DNA of 64,000 nt from Balanoglossus misakiensis (GCA_040954595.2 CM082597.2:4283244-4347243); one strand, 5' to 3'. Counted from the stretch's first letter, positions 31,401 to 44,287 are shown. Notes: generated by a model from the sequence alone, not told the origin. Numbers and translations are program-made.

Positions 31401-33245
31401 GTGTCGGTCCCAGAGCTTGTCGCCGTTCGTCATGGTGATATTGTACTCGATATCGATTTTCTCATCAGAGTAACAGTTAGCGAAGACTAGATACCACCAG
31501 CGTGCATGGTCCGTAGTGAAAGAACGACCTCCAATGCAATGCATCCACTGTGACAAAAAGATATATACCAAGTATTATTTGAGTGATGATCAGAAAACAT
31601 TCTGAGGTCAAGGGGAAAAAGATGGAATGCTATTCTCGCGACCTTAAATAGGTTTTGCTACCTAGGTGAGTGACGAAAATATCATATGTTCGACACAATT
31701 TCAAGATGGCCGATTTTTTGCAATATTTAAGGAATGGAAGTTCATAAGCTACAGTGACATGAAAATGAGCATTTCTAAAAACTTGTAATTTCAGTGACAA
31801 ATAAATCTTTGTTGATTACCTCAACACCATCAGAGTCCTTGACGATTTTACATCCATTGAACGATTCCGTGAGGGTGAGCTTGGCATTGAGAGTTCCAGG
31901 AATACGTTCTTTCTTTTGTCCACAAGTCTGAAAATTAATTTAAAAATATTTTCAGGAGATCTTATGGTTTGAATATGATACACCCTACCTTTGACAGTAA
32001 TCTTTTGTGCAGATGGGTTTTCAAAGAAATCAAGATACTCTTGCCATAGTAATAGTTATAATCCTTTGGTTAAATTAATCCTGTTAAGTTATCCACAGGA
32101 TTAATAGGATACATGTCCAAGCTGTCAGGACTATGTAGTCTGACATGAAACTCTCAAAATGCTAATACTGAATCTAAAGTTTATATTGTTCGTGTAAAAA
32201 AATTCACATATAAATGTAAAAAAATGCAGCAATTTTAGACAACACATCCATGGATAGGATTGAAAGCGTCTAAACAATTATAATGTCTTGATGTCATACC
32301 ATTTCGTGTCCATTTTCTCTGATGTACGGCCACTGATCTGGGTCATCGTTGAACATCAGTAACTTGTATCGGAAATCCTCCTGTTGGAATGAACAACATC
32401 AACCATTTTGTTACTGAAATTTTAAGTTGGGGGATCCATAGATGAGTTCCTATGTTATCCAAAAATATGAAATCTATTCAACGTGTGGTTTCAAGATAGA
32501 ATACAAGAAAAGTTTGGGTCAGTCTAGACTGGTTTCACTGTCAAGTATAAAACTAATTCTCAACTGGATTTCAGAAATCCTAAACTAGAATCTTTTCAAG
32601 ATTTTTATCTTGAACTATATTTTATTCACATGATTCCGAAGAAAAAATTTATATTATACTTACAACTTTATATTTCAATTCATAGTGGAGTGTTCCCTCC
32701 TCATTTGGTTGGAAACAAAAACGATCCATGAAGTGGAAGTTCTGGAAAGGCGATAGATAATTCAAGATGAATGATGAGAGTTTGAACAGACTATGGGAAC
32801 ATTTTTGTATCATATTTATTTGCCAAGAACAGGTGAATTTCAACAAGTCGAAAAGAAAAGTACGAGTATTCACGAGAAAAATAATAACCCATTGTTTTTG
32901 TTTGTTTGTTTATTTACAGTTTGAAGGAATAGCAACTTAGCAGCATGTGCAAAAATAAATACACAGTTCGTCGCATGATGAGAAAAGTGACACAACGGCA
33001 ACGCAATGTTAATTTCAAACATTTAGAAAGATGTGTGCGTCTTTTTGAATTTGCAAGAGAAATGTACGCACGCTAGGAGTTTGCAGACGAAAAGTTATGT
33101 CAGGAAAGACAGTGTAAAGTTAACTTACAGATCCAGTGGTCAGATGACCACTGATGAATTTCCCTTCTGCGGGAGCCATCAGCAACACTTGCATCACTAG
33201 AATAAATCCTAGCACGCCAATCGAGGAGAAATTCGTAAATTTCAT
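28424..33245 (-). CDS. TMEM145: Transmembrane protein 145 (GOLD-like lumenal domain plus 7TM, GPR180/TMEM145 family)
   Basis: Phase-consistent exons: 33245-33129, 32741-32664, 32380-32300, 31927-31820, 31547-31382, 31194-31123, 30884-30735, 30499-30421, 30125-29956, 29449-29293, 29008-28888, 28743-28594, 28453-28424. Motifs FMDRFCF, RWWYLVFANC, TMTNG..HFSADE, LLHTTYKLF, LLGKGFTVTR, FDPRDVLYKYES.AGYG and TRPSAANLNFPFHIRTSQ. The last two exons are less certain. Confidence 0.9.
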
Positions 33246-34119
33246 CCTCGATTCTCAAACACTACACCGGAATACACAAGAAGCCTTCTTCCTTCGAATA
33301 TCGGAGATGGTTTGTTGAAATTTTCGGATAAAACTCGGAAAATGCGGAATGTGGGTCACCAGCTACAAGAGCAAGATGCTTACACTTTCGCAAGACGATG
33401 AGTTCTGTTTGTCTTGTGTTTATGGCAACACCATCGTGTCCAGATTTCGTTCCAACTTCCATGGTTACCACAAAGTCGCAGACGCGTATTGATGACGCGA
33501 CAAATGAAATTCCTCTTCTACGCACTTGTTGACGTCGTGAGGGTAAATTTTCCAAAAAACCCGTCTCAATTCGAACTTATAGATACCAGGAAAGCTTTAT
33601 ACCACACTATTTCATCCCGTTTGGTGGCGAAACTTCAGTTTTCTTTCACAGAACAGCAGACGATATTTTGCTGTTGTCTGCAACCTACAGCCTGGGTCAG
33701 AGTTCACCGGCAATGCATTATGGGAACTTCCTCAAGGAGTCAATCGGCCGAGAGCACTCTAGGGTAGGGGTGGGGTAACGTTCCTTGGGAGGGACGTTAA
33801 CCCGTGGGGGTGTTGACAGGGGACAGACATATTAAAACAAATGGTTTTCAAGCTATAGGAAACTGGCTACCATGATGCCACAATGAAGCAACAAAAAAGA
33901 GGGACTTTTGGTCGAGATGAAAGTTGTTTTATTCAAAATATTATATTCTGACAATCAAGACTTTATTCAAGTATGTTTATTTTTAAAAGGAGTTTCACAA
34001 TACTCATTAATGTCTACTCAAGGCAAATGCCATCAATCAAGTTCATAGTGTACTTGTCCGTGATTTGTGTTTGGGTTTCAAGGCTGCCACCTATATCAGT
34101 CAACGTTTTTTCTTTCGTT

Positions 34120-34350
34120 TTAACTTCTCCGAGAACCCCTGCATTGAGTTCGACCGGCGGACAGTAAAACAACAGCAAATAAAACAAAAATAATTATTAG
34201 ATATACCAATATTGTTGGGTAACCCTCTAAATGCCTGAATATTTTGCAAGTGGCGGCATGCCATGATGCAGACAATTCACTAGTATCATGAAACACTTCT
34301 CCACATAATGTACATGTATAATTAGATGGAGTTGTATCAGAATCGATTTC

Positions 34351-34381
<31 letters not shown>

Positions 34382-34821
34382 GCTTCACGTTCTTCCAGTG
34401 ATGTCTCGCCGGTATAATTAGATGGACTCGAGATAGAATCGATATCTGTTGTTGTTGCTTCACGTTCTTCCAGTGATGTCTCGCTGTTCCCAGCAGTTTC
34501 AGGTTCCTCACAATCCAGATATTCCTCTGGTGAATCCTGACCACGCCTCTCCCTCTTTTCCACCATCTCAAGGAGCGATTTCGTCACGTGGCTGTCGGGA
34601 AGAGAATGGACGCCGTTCCATACGTGGAGGTAGTTATCCTTCCTGCATAGCGGACACTTCAGCGACCATGTTGAAAGACATCCTTCGAGACATTCTTCGC
34701 AGACAATGTGACCACAGCTCGGTAGTAATTTCGGCCTGACATAGCGATCTAAGCAGACCGGACACTGCAGGCATTGATCGTTAATCTCGGAACAGAAACC
34801 GGACATGTCTTCGTCGTCCAT
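34120..34821 (-). CDS. RING-finger protein paralogue 1: RING + one degenerate CCHC finger + C-terminal TM helix (about 233 aa)
   Basis: C3HC4 RING CPVC..PKLLPSCGHIVCEEC..CPLC; finger CTLC-x14-H-x3-C; tail ILVYLIIIFVLFAVVLLSA followed by RTQCRGSRRS. A splice acceptor lies just upstream of the ATG at 34821. Confidence 0.85.
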
Positions 34822-34943
34822 TTTGTTCCGCAATTGAAAAGTTCTGTAAGCTGAAGTTAAACCAATAAAACGGATTAGAATGTGGTTTCAGTCCGTTATT
34901 ATTTTAGGTTAAGTGGGGCATACCTATGTAGTACATACATACA

Positions 34944-34974
<31 letters not shown>

Positions 34975-36273
34975 TGTGTGTGTATGTATGCATGTATGTT
35001 CGTAATCTACGTATGAATGTACGTATGTACGTGTACACGTACATATGGATGACAGTGCCGATAACTACCGTTTAAGACTTACTAGTTTCATTTTCGGTTT
35101 GTAACAAATGCACCGAGGTAGGTAGTGTTAGTAATGAAAAGCAGGTAGTCACTCATGTAAACGCCACTATGGCGTACTAGCAGCATGTTATCTGGCCTGG
35201 GTATAACATTGCGACACCGAACAGCCGACGAGGAAAATACCATCAGATCGCCCATACATTAAAGGGCTTATTTGAATCCCTAAGACAGAGAGAGCACCTT
35301 ACCTTCAAATTAAATGTCGCAGCTACGTCTACGTTATTTCATGTCGACACCCTCGACCACAAAAGAATTATTCGCGCACAGAACAATGCACAATGCTCTT
35401 CCTGGTATGACGTTCCAAATTCCATGGTTACACAAAGTCGCAGACGCGCAGTGGTGACGCGACAACAGGTTCTACCACAGACGCGTGAATCATCACACTG
35501 TAGCCCGATTCAACATGTAAATAAGGAATATGACTACACACACCGATTACAAAGTCCAAAAAATTAGGAGATCAGTACGCAATCTGCGCTGACCCCATTC
35601 CAATGTTGTCAACACACCCAGAAACACCTGACTGTTTGCGCATGCTTAGATAAGCTATTCTGTGTTACTGATAATGATAGAGTTGTCATGTGTCAGGACA
35701 TGGGTTCAACACGAGTTACATTTGGGATTTTCCAAACAGCTGTTTTATTAATGTTAATGTTCAGATCACAATCTACCAGAAAAATGGTAAATTTCTATCG
35801 ACTTTATTGGCGACATTATGATTAGAAAGCAATACAACAAAATAATGTATTGTTGTCGACTTGCCAGAGAGGCACTTTTTGTCGAGATGAAAGGGAGGTT
35901 TGTTTACATTAACTGATTATGTTCTGACACTGAAAACCTAATTGAATGTTTAAAAAGAAGAGTTTTCACGACTCGAAATTCTCTACCTATATAAAGTAAA
36001 AACAAACATGATTTCAGATGATGATCGGCCACAATACACCACAATACACCCAGTGCATGTTGGTATGACGGTGTCCCCTGTTCGCAGAAGATGGTAGTAT
36101 ATGAGGTGTATTTTCCTTGATATCCTGTGAGGTGCTTGCTCGCCAACTTTCTGTGGTTTAATTTGTGGTGTGTATAGGCCTTGCACAAAAGGCACGTGTG
36201 GGTTATGCCTACGTATCAATGACTAGCACCTGTGGTATGCTACGTGTCGTACCCTTCTGCTATGCTTCCCTGA

Positions 36274-37032
36274 TCAGTAACCAGGTGCACTATCAGGAAT
36301 GCACACATCGACGTGAAATTGCAGAGAAAGGACACCGGGGAATGATCGTGGACACCCGGGACATACGTATTCAGGGCGACGCACTGACTCTGGTGGCGAC
36401 GGCACGGTATGTACATCATCCTGGCCGAACCAACGTGGTCTTCTTGCTGGTTCGAAATCATATGGGGTGGATGTGCCATCTGATAAATCGAGAGCGCAAA
36501 TCATGGTATGCAGTTCCAGGGAATCTAAATCATGGAATGGGAAATCACACATAAAACACGTGTATGGATAATCATCAATTTCAGGTGAAGTTCTGTGCTC
36601 TGCCTGTGTACCATCTAAAGGTTCGGGAGCATGTCGAGTACTGGCATCTATCGATAAACCAGTTGCCGTCGTTCTCATAGGGTTGTTTCCACTACCAGAG
36701 ATCATATCAGGTCTTTCACGTGGCCCATGCCTCCGAGCTGGATGTTGCCTACGGCTTTCTCTCCTCCGAATCATTTCAAGAAGGGATTTCGTCACGTGAC
36801 TGTCCGGAAGAGAACTGATGTCGTTTCCTTGGAGATGAGAGAAGTTATCCTTCCTGCACAGTGGACACATCAGTGACCGTCTTGAAAGACATCCCCTGAG
36901 ACAATCTTCACAGATGATATGACCACAGCTTGGTAGTATTTTTGGTCTGACATAGCGATCCAAACAGATTGGGCATTGCAGGCACTCATCATTGATCTCA
37001 TGACATATGCTTGGCAAATCACTGTCACTCAT
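36274..37032 (-). CDS. RING-finger protein paralogue 2: RING + two CCHC (NOA/UBZ-like) fingers (about 252 aa)
   Basis: CPIC..PKILPSCGHIICEDC..CPLC; fingers CFMCDFPFHDLDSLELHTMIC and CPGCPRSFPGVLSLQFHVDVC. Confidence 0.85.
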   Translation of the reverse strand: MSDSDLPSICHEINDECLQCPICLDRYVRPKILPSCGHIICEDCLRGCLSRRSLMCPLCRKDNFSHLQGNDISSLPDSHVTKSLLEMIRRRESRRQHPARRHGPRERPDMISGSGNNPMRTTATGLSIDASTRHAPEPLDGTQAEHRTSPEIDDYPYTCFMCDFPFHDLDSLELHTMICALDLSDGTSTPYDFEPARRPRWFGQDDVHTVPSPPESVRRPEYVCPGCPRSFPGVLSLQFHVDVCIPDSAPGY

Positions 37033-38101
37033 GTTCCTTGGTAAGTACAAAAAGCTGCAGAGTTCAGAAAACGAAAATGGATGAGTTCAGTATCGCACCA
37101 CTATCGAACGCCTGAACCCAGTGTCCATAAGGAAAACTTCGACACGGGAAATTAAACTTCGAATGTACATCAGGCATTTCCTGCTTAGTTTGCAAAGTTC
37201 ACTTACTGACTTCTGAAGGCAGTTCTGCCTTCATTTCCAGTGGTAATATGATTTTGTTTTGCAACTCGTTTTCCCAAATCTATTTTTCTCCCCACGTGCT
37301 GCTAACATGGTCAACATTGGCAGATAAGGACACTTACTCAGTACAGACCTCTATGAAAATAACACGTGTCCATGCACGAACCCAACCATATGGGACAGAG
37401 TAGAATTCTTACCTACAGATTGCAACAGCCTGGCACACGGCGCTGTTGGTGAAGTTCTGAAGTCCAATTCATGTATTCATCTACGAATACGTCATATCAC
37501 TACATTTAAACACCGTCACCAGGCCACACACAATTATTATCATAATCAACAAAGTGCCTATTTGTACGTCCTGATATTAACTTTTGAGAGATATGAAAAT
37601 GCCCCAGTTAACCAGTTTTTATTGCAAGTTCACCTAGGCCATATGCAACAGTCCCACGGTGATATGCAATTTGCCAACAGGTCTACATCAGATAAACACA
37701 TAGGAATGCAATCATTCTCTGTTTCTAAACTTACATCGTTATACAAACTTTCTGACCCAATCACTCGCACAGAAATTCTCCATTTACACAACACTAGCAT
37801 TTGTCAACTTGACGATGTATATCATAATTTTATTTCAACACTAAACATGATAAAGAATGTGTCATGATAATGCCTTAACATTTGATAAGGTCACGCATGA
37901 AAGTATTGTAGAACATTTTCTCAAATTATTCTAATACATGTATACAGAAGTCAGTGTTATTTATTGTCATCAACATGTCGCTGTCATTGCTCACATTTCC
38001 TTTCACATCTATGATGGGACAATGACAGTTTCAAATTTTGGTCATACACTTGTTTGCAGATGGTGGTCGACGACTATGTATCACTGTCTATGGTATCACC
38101 A

Positions 38102-39085
38102 TCAGTGTCTTTTGATGGGATGATGTCCCCTGTTCGCTGATGATGGACGGTTAGCAAGAGCTGCAGGCATCCTCGATATCCTGTGAGGGGATTGCAGTCC
38201 CATATTTGGTTGGCTACTAGTGTGCATAAACCTTGCTAAACTGTTAACCTTTCTCCGCCTCTGAGCTACACATGGATTCCTGGCGCTTGGTGTATGCCGC
38301 TCGTTATGGCGCCCTCCTGCATTGACCCCCTGATTACCAGGTGCATTATCAGGAATGCAGACATCAATGTGAGATTGCAGAGAATCGACATTCAGATATG
38401 ATTCCTGACAGCCAGGGCATATATATTCTGAGTGACTTGTTGACCCAGATGTCGACGACACTGGATCTGTAGTATCCTGCCCATAACAACCCTGGCCATG
38501 TGGAGTTGTTCCATCTGGTTCATATTGTTGGGATGAGACATCCGCAGGGCACACCATGGAATGTACTTCCAGTGTATCTAAATCTTGGAATGGGAATTCG
38601 CAGATAGGACACGTGTATGGATAAACACACATACTAGGTGAAGTATCATCAATCTCTTCCTGTGTCTCATCCAAAGGTTCAAGACCATGTAGAGTTATAC
38701 CATTACAATCCATCGATGCACCAGTTCCCACCGAGTTGTTCCCCCTACCAGAGATTACTTCTGATCGTTCATGTTCCTCATGTCCCCGAGCTGAATGTTT
38801 TTTACGCCTCTCCCTCTTTTCGACCATATCACGAAGTGATTTTGTCACGTGACTGTCAGGAAGAACACTGACGTCATTTCCGTGGAGGTGAGAGGAGTTA
38901 TCCTTCCTGCAGAACGGACACTTCAGAGACTGCCCTGAAATGCATCCCTTCAGACAATCTTCGCAGACAACGTGACCACAGCTTGGTAATAATTTTGGTT
39001 TGACATATCGACCAAAACATACTGGACATTGCAGGCACTGATCATTAATCTCATAACAGATACTTGGCATACCGTCTTCACTCAT
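38102..39085 (-). CDS. RING-finger protein paralogue 3: RING + two CCHC (NOA/UBZ-like) fingers + basic tail (about 327 aa)
   Basis: CPVC..PKLLPSCGHVVCEDC..CPFC; fingers CPICEFPFQDLDTLEVHSMVC and CPGCQESYLNVDSLQSHIDVC. Acceptor ttttgcag near 39110. Confidence 0.87.
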   Translation of the reverse strand: MSEDGMPSICYEINDQCLQCPVCFGRYVKPKLLPSCGHVVCEDCLKGCISGQSLKCPFCRKDNSSHLHGNDVSVLPDSHVTKSLRDMVEKRERRKKHSARGHEEHERSEVISGRGNNSVGTGASMDCNGITLHGLEPLDETQEEIDDTSPSMCVYPYTCPICEFPFQDLDTLEVHSMVCPADVSSQQYEPDGTTPHGQGCYGQDTTDPVSSTSGSTSHSEYICPGCQESYLNVDSLQSHIDVCIPDNAPGNQGVNAGGRHNERHTPSARNPCVAQRRRKVNSLARFMHTSSQPNMGLQSPHRISRMPAALANRPSSANRGHHPIKRH

Positions 39086-40641
39086 ATTCTTTGCCAAATG
39101 CAAACACCACCTGCAAAATTCAGAAAACATGCTTTTGGTTAATCGTTGTGTCTAATGCACGCTCGTGAATGAGATGTTTACGTTTAGTGGCGTGTGGAAT
39201 GATGAAAATAGTGTTTTGTAATAATGTAGTCACTCTGAAAAAATGACCACGGTGACCTAGCAGTCATCATTGAACTACATGTAGTGTCGATTGCCTCAAA
39301 CCTAGTATTCATTCATTAACAAACACTCCATAATGTGGACTGAACTTCAAATGTAAGCCAGATATATCCTTCTCAGTTTGCGAAGTACACCTATTGGCAT
39401 GTCAACTCATACTTCAAACTGTATTCATGTTGGTTTGTCTTGCAACTGGACTTCTATAACTCGAGTATGCCTGCATTTCGATGCCAGACCTTTGTTGGTG
39501 CAGGACAACTCGGGCATGCTGCATGACCTGCATATATCTATACACGTACTGGTAAACTGGCCGAAATTTCAAGATGGCGACACCGAACATCCAAAAACGA
39601 AAATAACATGATTGTTCCATGAAAGAACCTAGTCAAACGGGACAAGGAGTGCAATTCTTACCTGGCAATTGTTTCAACTTGGTGTACGGGAATGTCGGTG
39701 GCGTTCTGAAGACCAGCCTTTATATTCGTGTGTAATTACGTCATGTTACTGCATTTAGACACACTTAACACGCCCCCGCACCGTTTCATTGTCAAAAAAG
39801 GACATATTGTCATACGTCATACATGACATGACCCTTTGCGAGCTGGGTAATTTCCCAAGTAGACCAGGTTTTACTACAGGCATGTTATGCCCACACGCAA
39901 CACGCCCACGTTGTCATAAATCTTAGAGTTTGCAGCAGATCTCCATGAAGAAAAGTAATCAATCTCAAACCCCAAACTTCACTTCAGTTTCTGCCCACAA
40001 GACAATAACGCAAAGATGTCTGAACGGCCGCATGCTAAATTTCTGAGTCACTCGCAGGAATTTGCAAAATACGGTTTGGTTTATTTATACTACACTAGCA
40101 TAAATCATAATGTTATTTAAACATTACAGCTATGTCTTTGTTGAATGTAAGCCTCAATATATGAACGTAAAGTTTAGAGTACGATACAGAGCAAAGGTCA
40201 TAATTCCAAATAAAGTGTTTCTACCTGTGTACACTATAATTTTTACGGCCTTTTTTGAAACCTCCTATACATGTACAGTGACGTCATCATACCATTCCTC
40301 GTGCTTGGGAGTCCGACGACAACTGTTGAATTTCTTGCCTACTTTACGAATATAAGTTTGCTGTGATGGATTTTTCGAAATGCATAAGGACAAGATAGGC
40401 GTTTTGTAAATCATGCAATGTCTGATGTATAATCGTGAGGCCTGAAGACCATTATGTGTTGATGGTTCAACATAACATGAAACACTATAAGCGCAATGTT
40501 TTGAGGGTTTTTTTCACTCATCCACCATCTGACAGGTGTTGGCTGATTTACATGATGGGCCACACACGATGCAACGAGAAGGAAAGTGCCTTCACGTTAA
40601 GGCATAACATCATGGTCGTTTCCAGGTCCGAAACTCAAGTT

Positions 40642-41785
40642 TCACCTCATGCGTCTGATAAGAAACATTATCGTCACTGGCACTACAACATGGGTAACCA
40701 GAAACGCGCCGGGGATGATAAAATACATGGCTGTATCGTCTGCGTCACTTCCGACATCTGAAAATGTAAAAATTGTACAAAATGTTGACATTATGAATAA
40801 GACCATCAGGATTGTTGAATCGGACTTTGAAATTAATTTTGCACATTAGAGAACTATAATATATGTCCTAAGTACAGTTAGAATAACGTCATCATTCGGA
40901 ATATTTTCAATAAATGTATTTTTCTGACTTTGAGAGTTGTCTCAGCAACTGTGAAAGTTACAGTGTTCATCACAAGGAACTGTGGGTGATGTATGTTCCA
41001 TGTTCTGGGGATAAGTCGTCGTAGCAATTTCATTCTGTGCTTTTACCTTGTGCATTATATCGTTTAATGTGACTCCGCTGTTGTAGACTGTTAAGAATGT
41101 TGTCTTGTTTCTCGGATATCTGGTCGAGCTGGCGACCTTGGCCTTCCAGTTTCTCGTCGATCTGATCTCTGTATTGTCTGTCGGATTCTTCCCATTGTTG
41201 CAGACTCGTCTTGTATTTCTCGATTTCGTCGGGGTCCATGTTTGCACCCTTCAACTGGTCTATGTCGGCCTTGCTGCCACCTAGACGCACCAACACGGCG
41301 CTCATGTCCCCCCAGAGGTTTTGGAATTGTGTGTCGGACAGTGACGCCCTGGTTCTGTGATGGAGACTGTTCCTGGACCTCCTCACCCGACCTATGTCAG
41401 CTTCAAAACTGAAGTCACTTGCATTCGGACTTCGCCAGACATTGTGGTTTGGATGTTTAAGGTTACATATGTTCTGTAAGAGTACTGTCAGCAGAGTTAT
41501 GTCAAATGTGCCAGAGTTTACGACGCTTGCTGGTGTCGGGTACAGCATATACCACTGGTCATCAGTGATGACCCTCGGTCCCTTACTTGAAACTCGTAGT
41601 TTGTGTAAGGATGGTTCTTTACGTTTCAGGGTTGCCGCAAGTTTGTCTGGAGGGATCTTGTCATCAAATGTGCGTCTCATCACAGCGGTTCCCCCCTCGA
41701 TAAGTAGTCGACAGATCCTCGCGTGATTCACCTTCTCTCGTGTAGTTTCCAGTGCGTCGCTCAGATCGACAACAGCAATCGCCAT
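40642..41785 (-). CDS. DZIP3-type HEPN domain + coiled coil + predicted C-terminal tail anchor
   Basis: ORF 41030..41785 has NHARICRLLIEGGT..QWYMLYP..FDITLLTVLLQNIC..DIGRVRRSRNSLHH, the DZIP3-like HEPN signature, followed by a heptad-rich segment. Donor CAAG|gtaaaa at 41047 joins in phase to acceptor ttttcag|AT at 40757, adding DVGSDADDTAMYFIIPGAFLVTHVVVPVTIMFLIRRMR*. The second exon is a prediction. Confidence 0.78.
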
Positions 41786-42041
41786 TTTGGCAACCTGTGT
41801 TTAAAAAAATGACAAAACCAACCACTTGTTGTAAACGATACACCCACGTTGCTATGCGTACCCGGAACTACTCGGCGAGTACGCCGACGACATTTCAAAC
41901 CGGCAGTCAACCCTGGAATTCCAAAACTGCAGAACTTGTGACGTCAGGTGCAAAGTCAACAAATTGCTCCACCAATAGATAATAACAGAAACTAAAACGA
42001 AAGACAGCGAAGGACAGCATTATCTCTGGCTGAAGAACTAT

Positions 42042-42272
42042 ACTAGCCCACTAGTCGCTTGGTGATTTTTAAATCTCAACACTTTTTGTGTTTTCGGTGT
42101 TTTTTTGTCTTAATAAATAATATCAATACTTTTTGAGTGCATGCTTGCGTTGAGCGTGTTTTTGGTAGTAAGGCGAGTTTCGAATTTGGGACTGAGCTTG
42201 TGGTTATGGGCCTACGCGTTCCCTACACATAATGAAGCCCATAGACTTAAGAATTAATTGGAGCAAGTCTAC
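42042..42272 (-). mobile_element. Second (inverted) copy of the CTAGT-ended Helitron-like repeat
   Basis: Reverse-complement match to 20540-20760. Confidence 0.55.
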
Positions 42273-44252
42273 TGAAGAACAGTAATACCTCTGCAACATC
42301 TCTACCCTTTAGTATTGTTACCAAAACTGCAAAATGGCGAAGGGCTGGTCAGATTATTTTAAGATGCTGTTTTACCGTTTCAACAATGAATCGCTTCTGA
42401 AAGATGACAGGTAAAACACCGGCACACTGTTTAACCAGTAATATATATATATATAAAACAATAAAGGAAATAAAGAAATAACCAAAATACATACATGTAC
42501 ATGTATACTGTACATAATTACCACTGAGGGCGGTATATTCCTTTCTCTGTGCCACAATTCACGGCAGTGTACGTGTATTATACATGTGTAAATGTATTGG
42601 TCCAATAATTCGAATAGCACGATTAGATTGCGTTATATCAGAGTGACAGTCGTCATCGTGCTGATCAGACAAGAGCATAAAAACCATGGTAACATAGCAA
42701 TATCCTTCATGTACAAATGTCACGGGTGCGCTGTAACTGACCACAGTCCTGTATATGGCCTGGCCGACTCGGCGAACTGCTGGGCTGACTACGTCATCAA
42801 TGGAAATCATTTCTTCAAGACTCGCATGATCTGCTGATGGTTGAACGTGTTAATGTGCGAAGGCGATAAGTAATTATCGATTAGGACTGCACACATTCTA
42901 TTGTCATATAAATAACAAAGGGGAGGCGAACATTATGAAATAGGGAAGTCGGACCACGTCTTTGTCAGGGGTCCAACATTTAACCCTTTCACCCCAATTC
43001 CCTCTGTACAGGTCTAACCTTACACCCCAAAAATAATGGGTACGACTGAACGATAGTGGTGAAAGGATTAGGGACAATTCCATTTCTGCACGAATAATGG
43101 CTCCCGGAGAATATTTTCTGTTTATTCCGGAATGTAGTCTTTGCATTCAGGCAAAGTTTCCATGAAATTTTGCTGGGCATAACATATGAAGTTTGAATAC
43201 ACATTCCCTGACGTATTGCGACAGAGCGCCATCAGTGTTGAGCGTATAGACGACAGGTGTGTGCGTCAATCAACGGAAAACGCGTCAATTGCATTGGAAG
43301 GTCACCGAGCGACCGAACAAAGGCTGTAAAACCTATGTGCTTTTTAATCGATTTTTTGTCCCTCTGTTGGAAATATATGAAGATAAGGTAGCACGCCACA
43401 CGCTCTTTTGTTGATATTTGATTTATATTGACACATACAGTGCGACCACTTTACGAAGAATGGCCTCGGCTGGCGCCAGTGCAGGACCTAGAGATTTCTA
43501 ATTAGAACAGGGAACTACTCTGATTGTCCATGATATTAGATTATGGAGTGCAATTATTATTGTCTTTACTGTGTAATGTCCTCGCAAAAGTGGGAAAACT
43601 GAAATTTGGTCATTGATACTACATGTACTGCGTATTGTAGAGTACAGTTTTTGCCTGCACTGGTATAAAACATGCATAAAGTCATTGCAAAAGTGGACAA
43701 AACTAACCCAATGATACAACAATCGTAATCACAAGTTTTTTTTATATTTGGGTTATTTTGTTTTCTTAAGCTTGTTTATGTTGTTCTCTTCACTTTAATG
43801 GCCTCGGTGACCAGGTGTTACAACCAAACTCACGCCGCTCATGGGTATGGTTAATTGGGCGATCGTGAAGGGGCGGCTCAAAGCGCCCAAGACGTCAAGA
43901 CGTACTGCCCAGATCATAAACTTCAGCGCAGACAGTGGTCCATAAACGCAGTGGGTGTACCACGCCCCCATACCGCAGACGACATCGTGTTGACAAGGCG
44001 TCCACTGAAGCGTACAGACCCGCCATTGTGTTCTAGGGTTTCGGCGACATCACAATTATACGGTGTACCTGTGTCTTGGGACTGTGTTTCGTCTTGATTT
44101 ATGGCCGTGACAGGGATCGATGGTTGCGTCGCTGTGTTGTGTCGTTCGTATCGATTGTCGCGGAGAACTTGCCTGGGGGATGATGGGTTCTCAATCATGA
44201 TATTTTTCAAAAGTTAAAAACACGTGTACAGCAATCGCTGAAGAGAATGATG

Positions 44253-44255
<3 letters not shown>

Positions 44256-44287
<32 letters not shown>

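Noticed and set aside
34120-39085. Canonical TRIM genes
   Set aside because: The RING is TRIM-like, but no B-box or coiled coil follows; the downstream fingers are C-x2-C-x12-H-x3-C.
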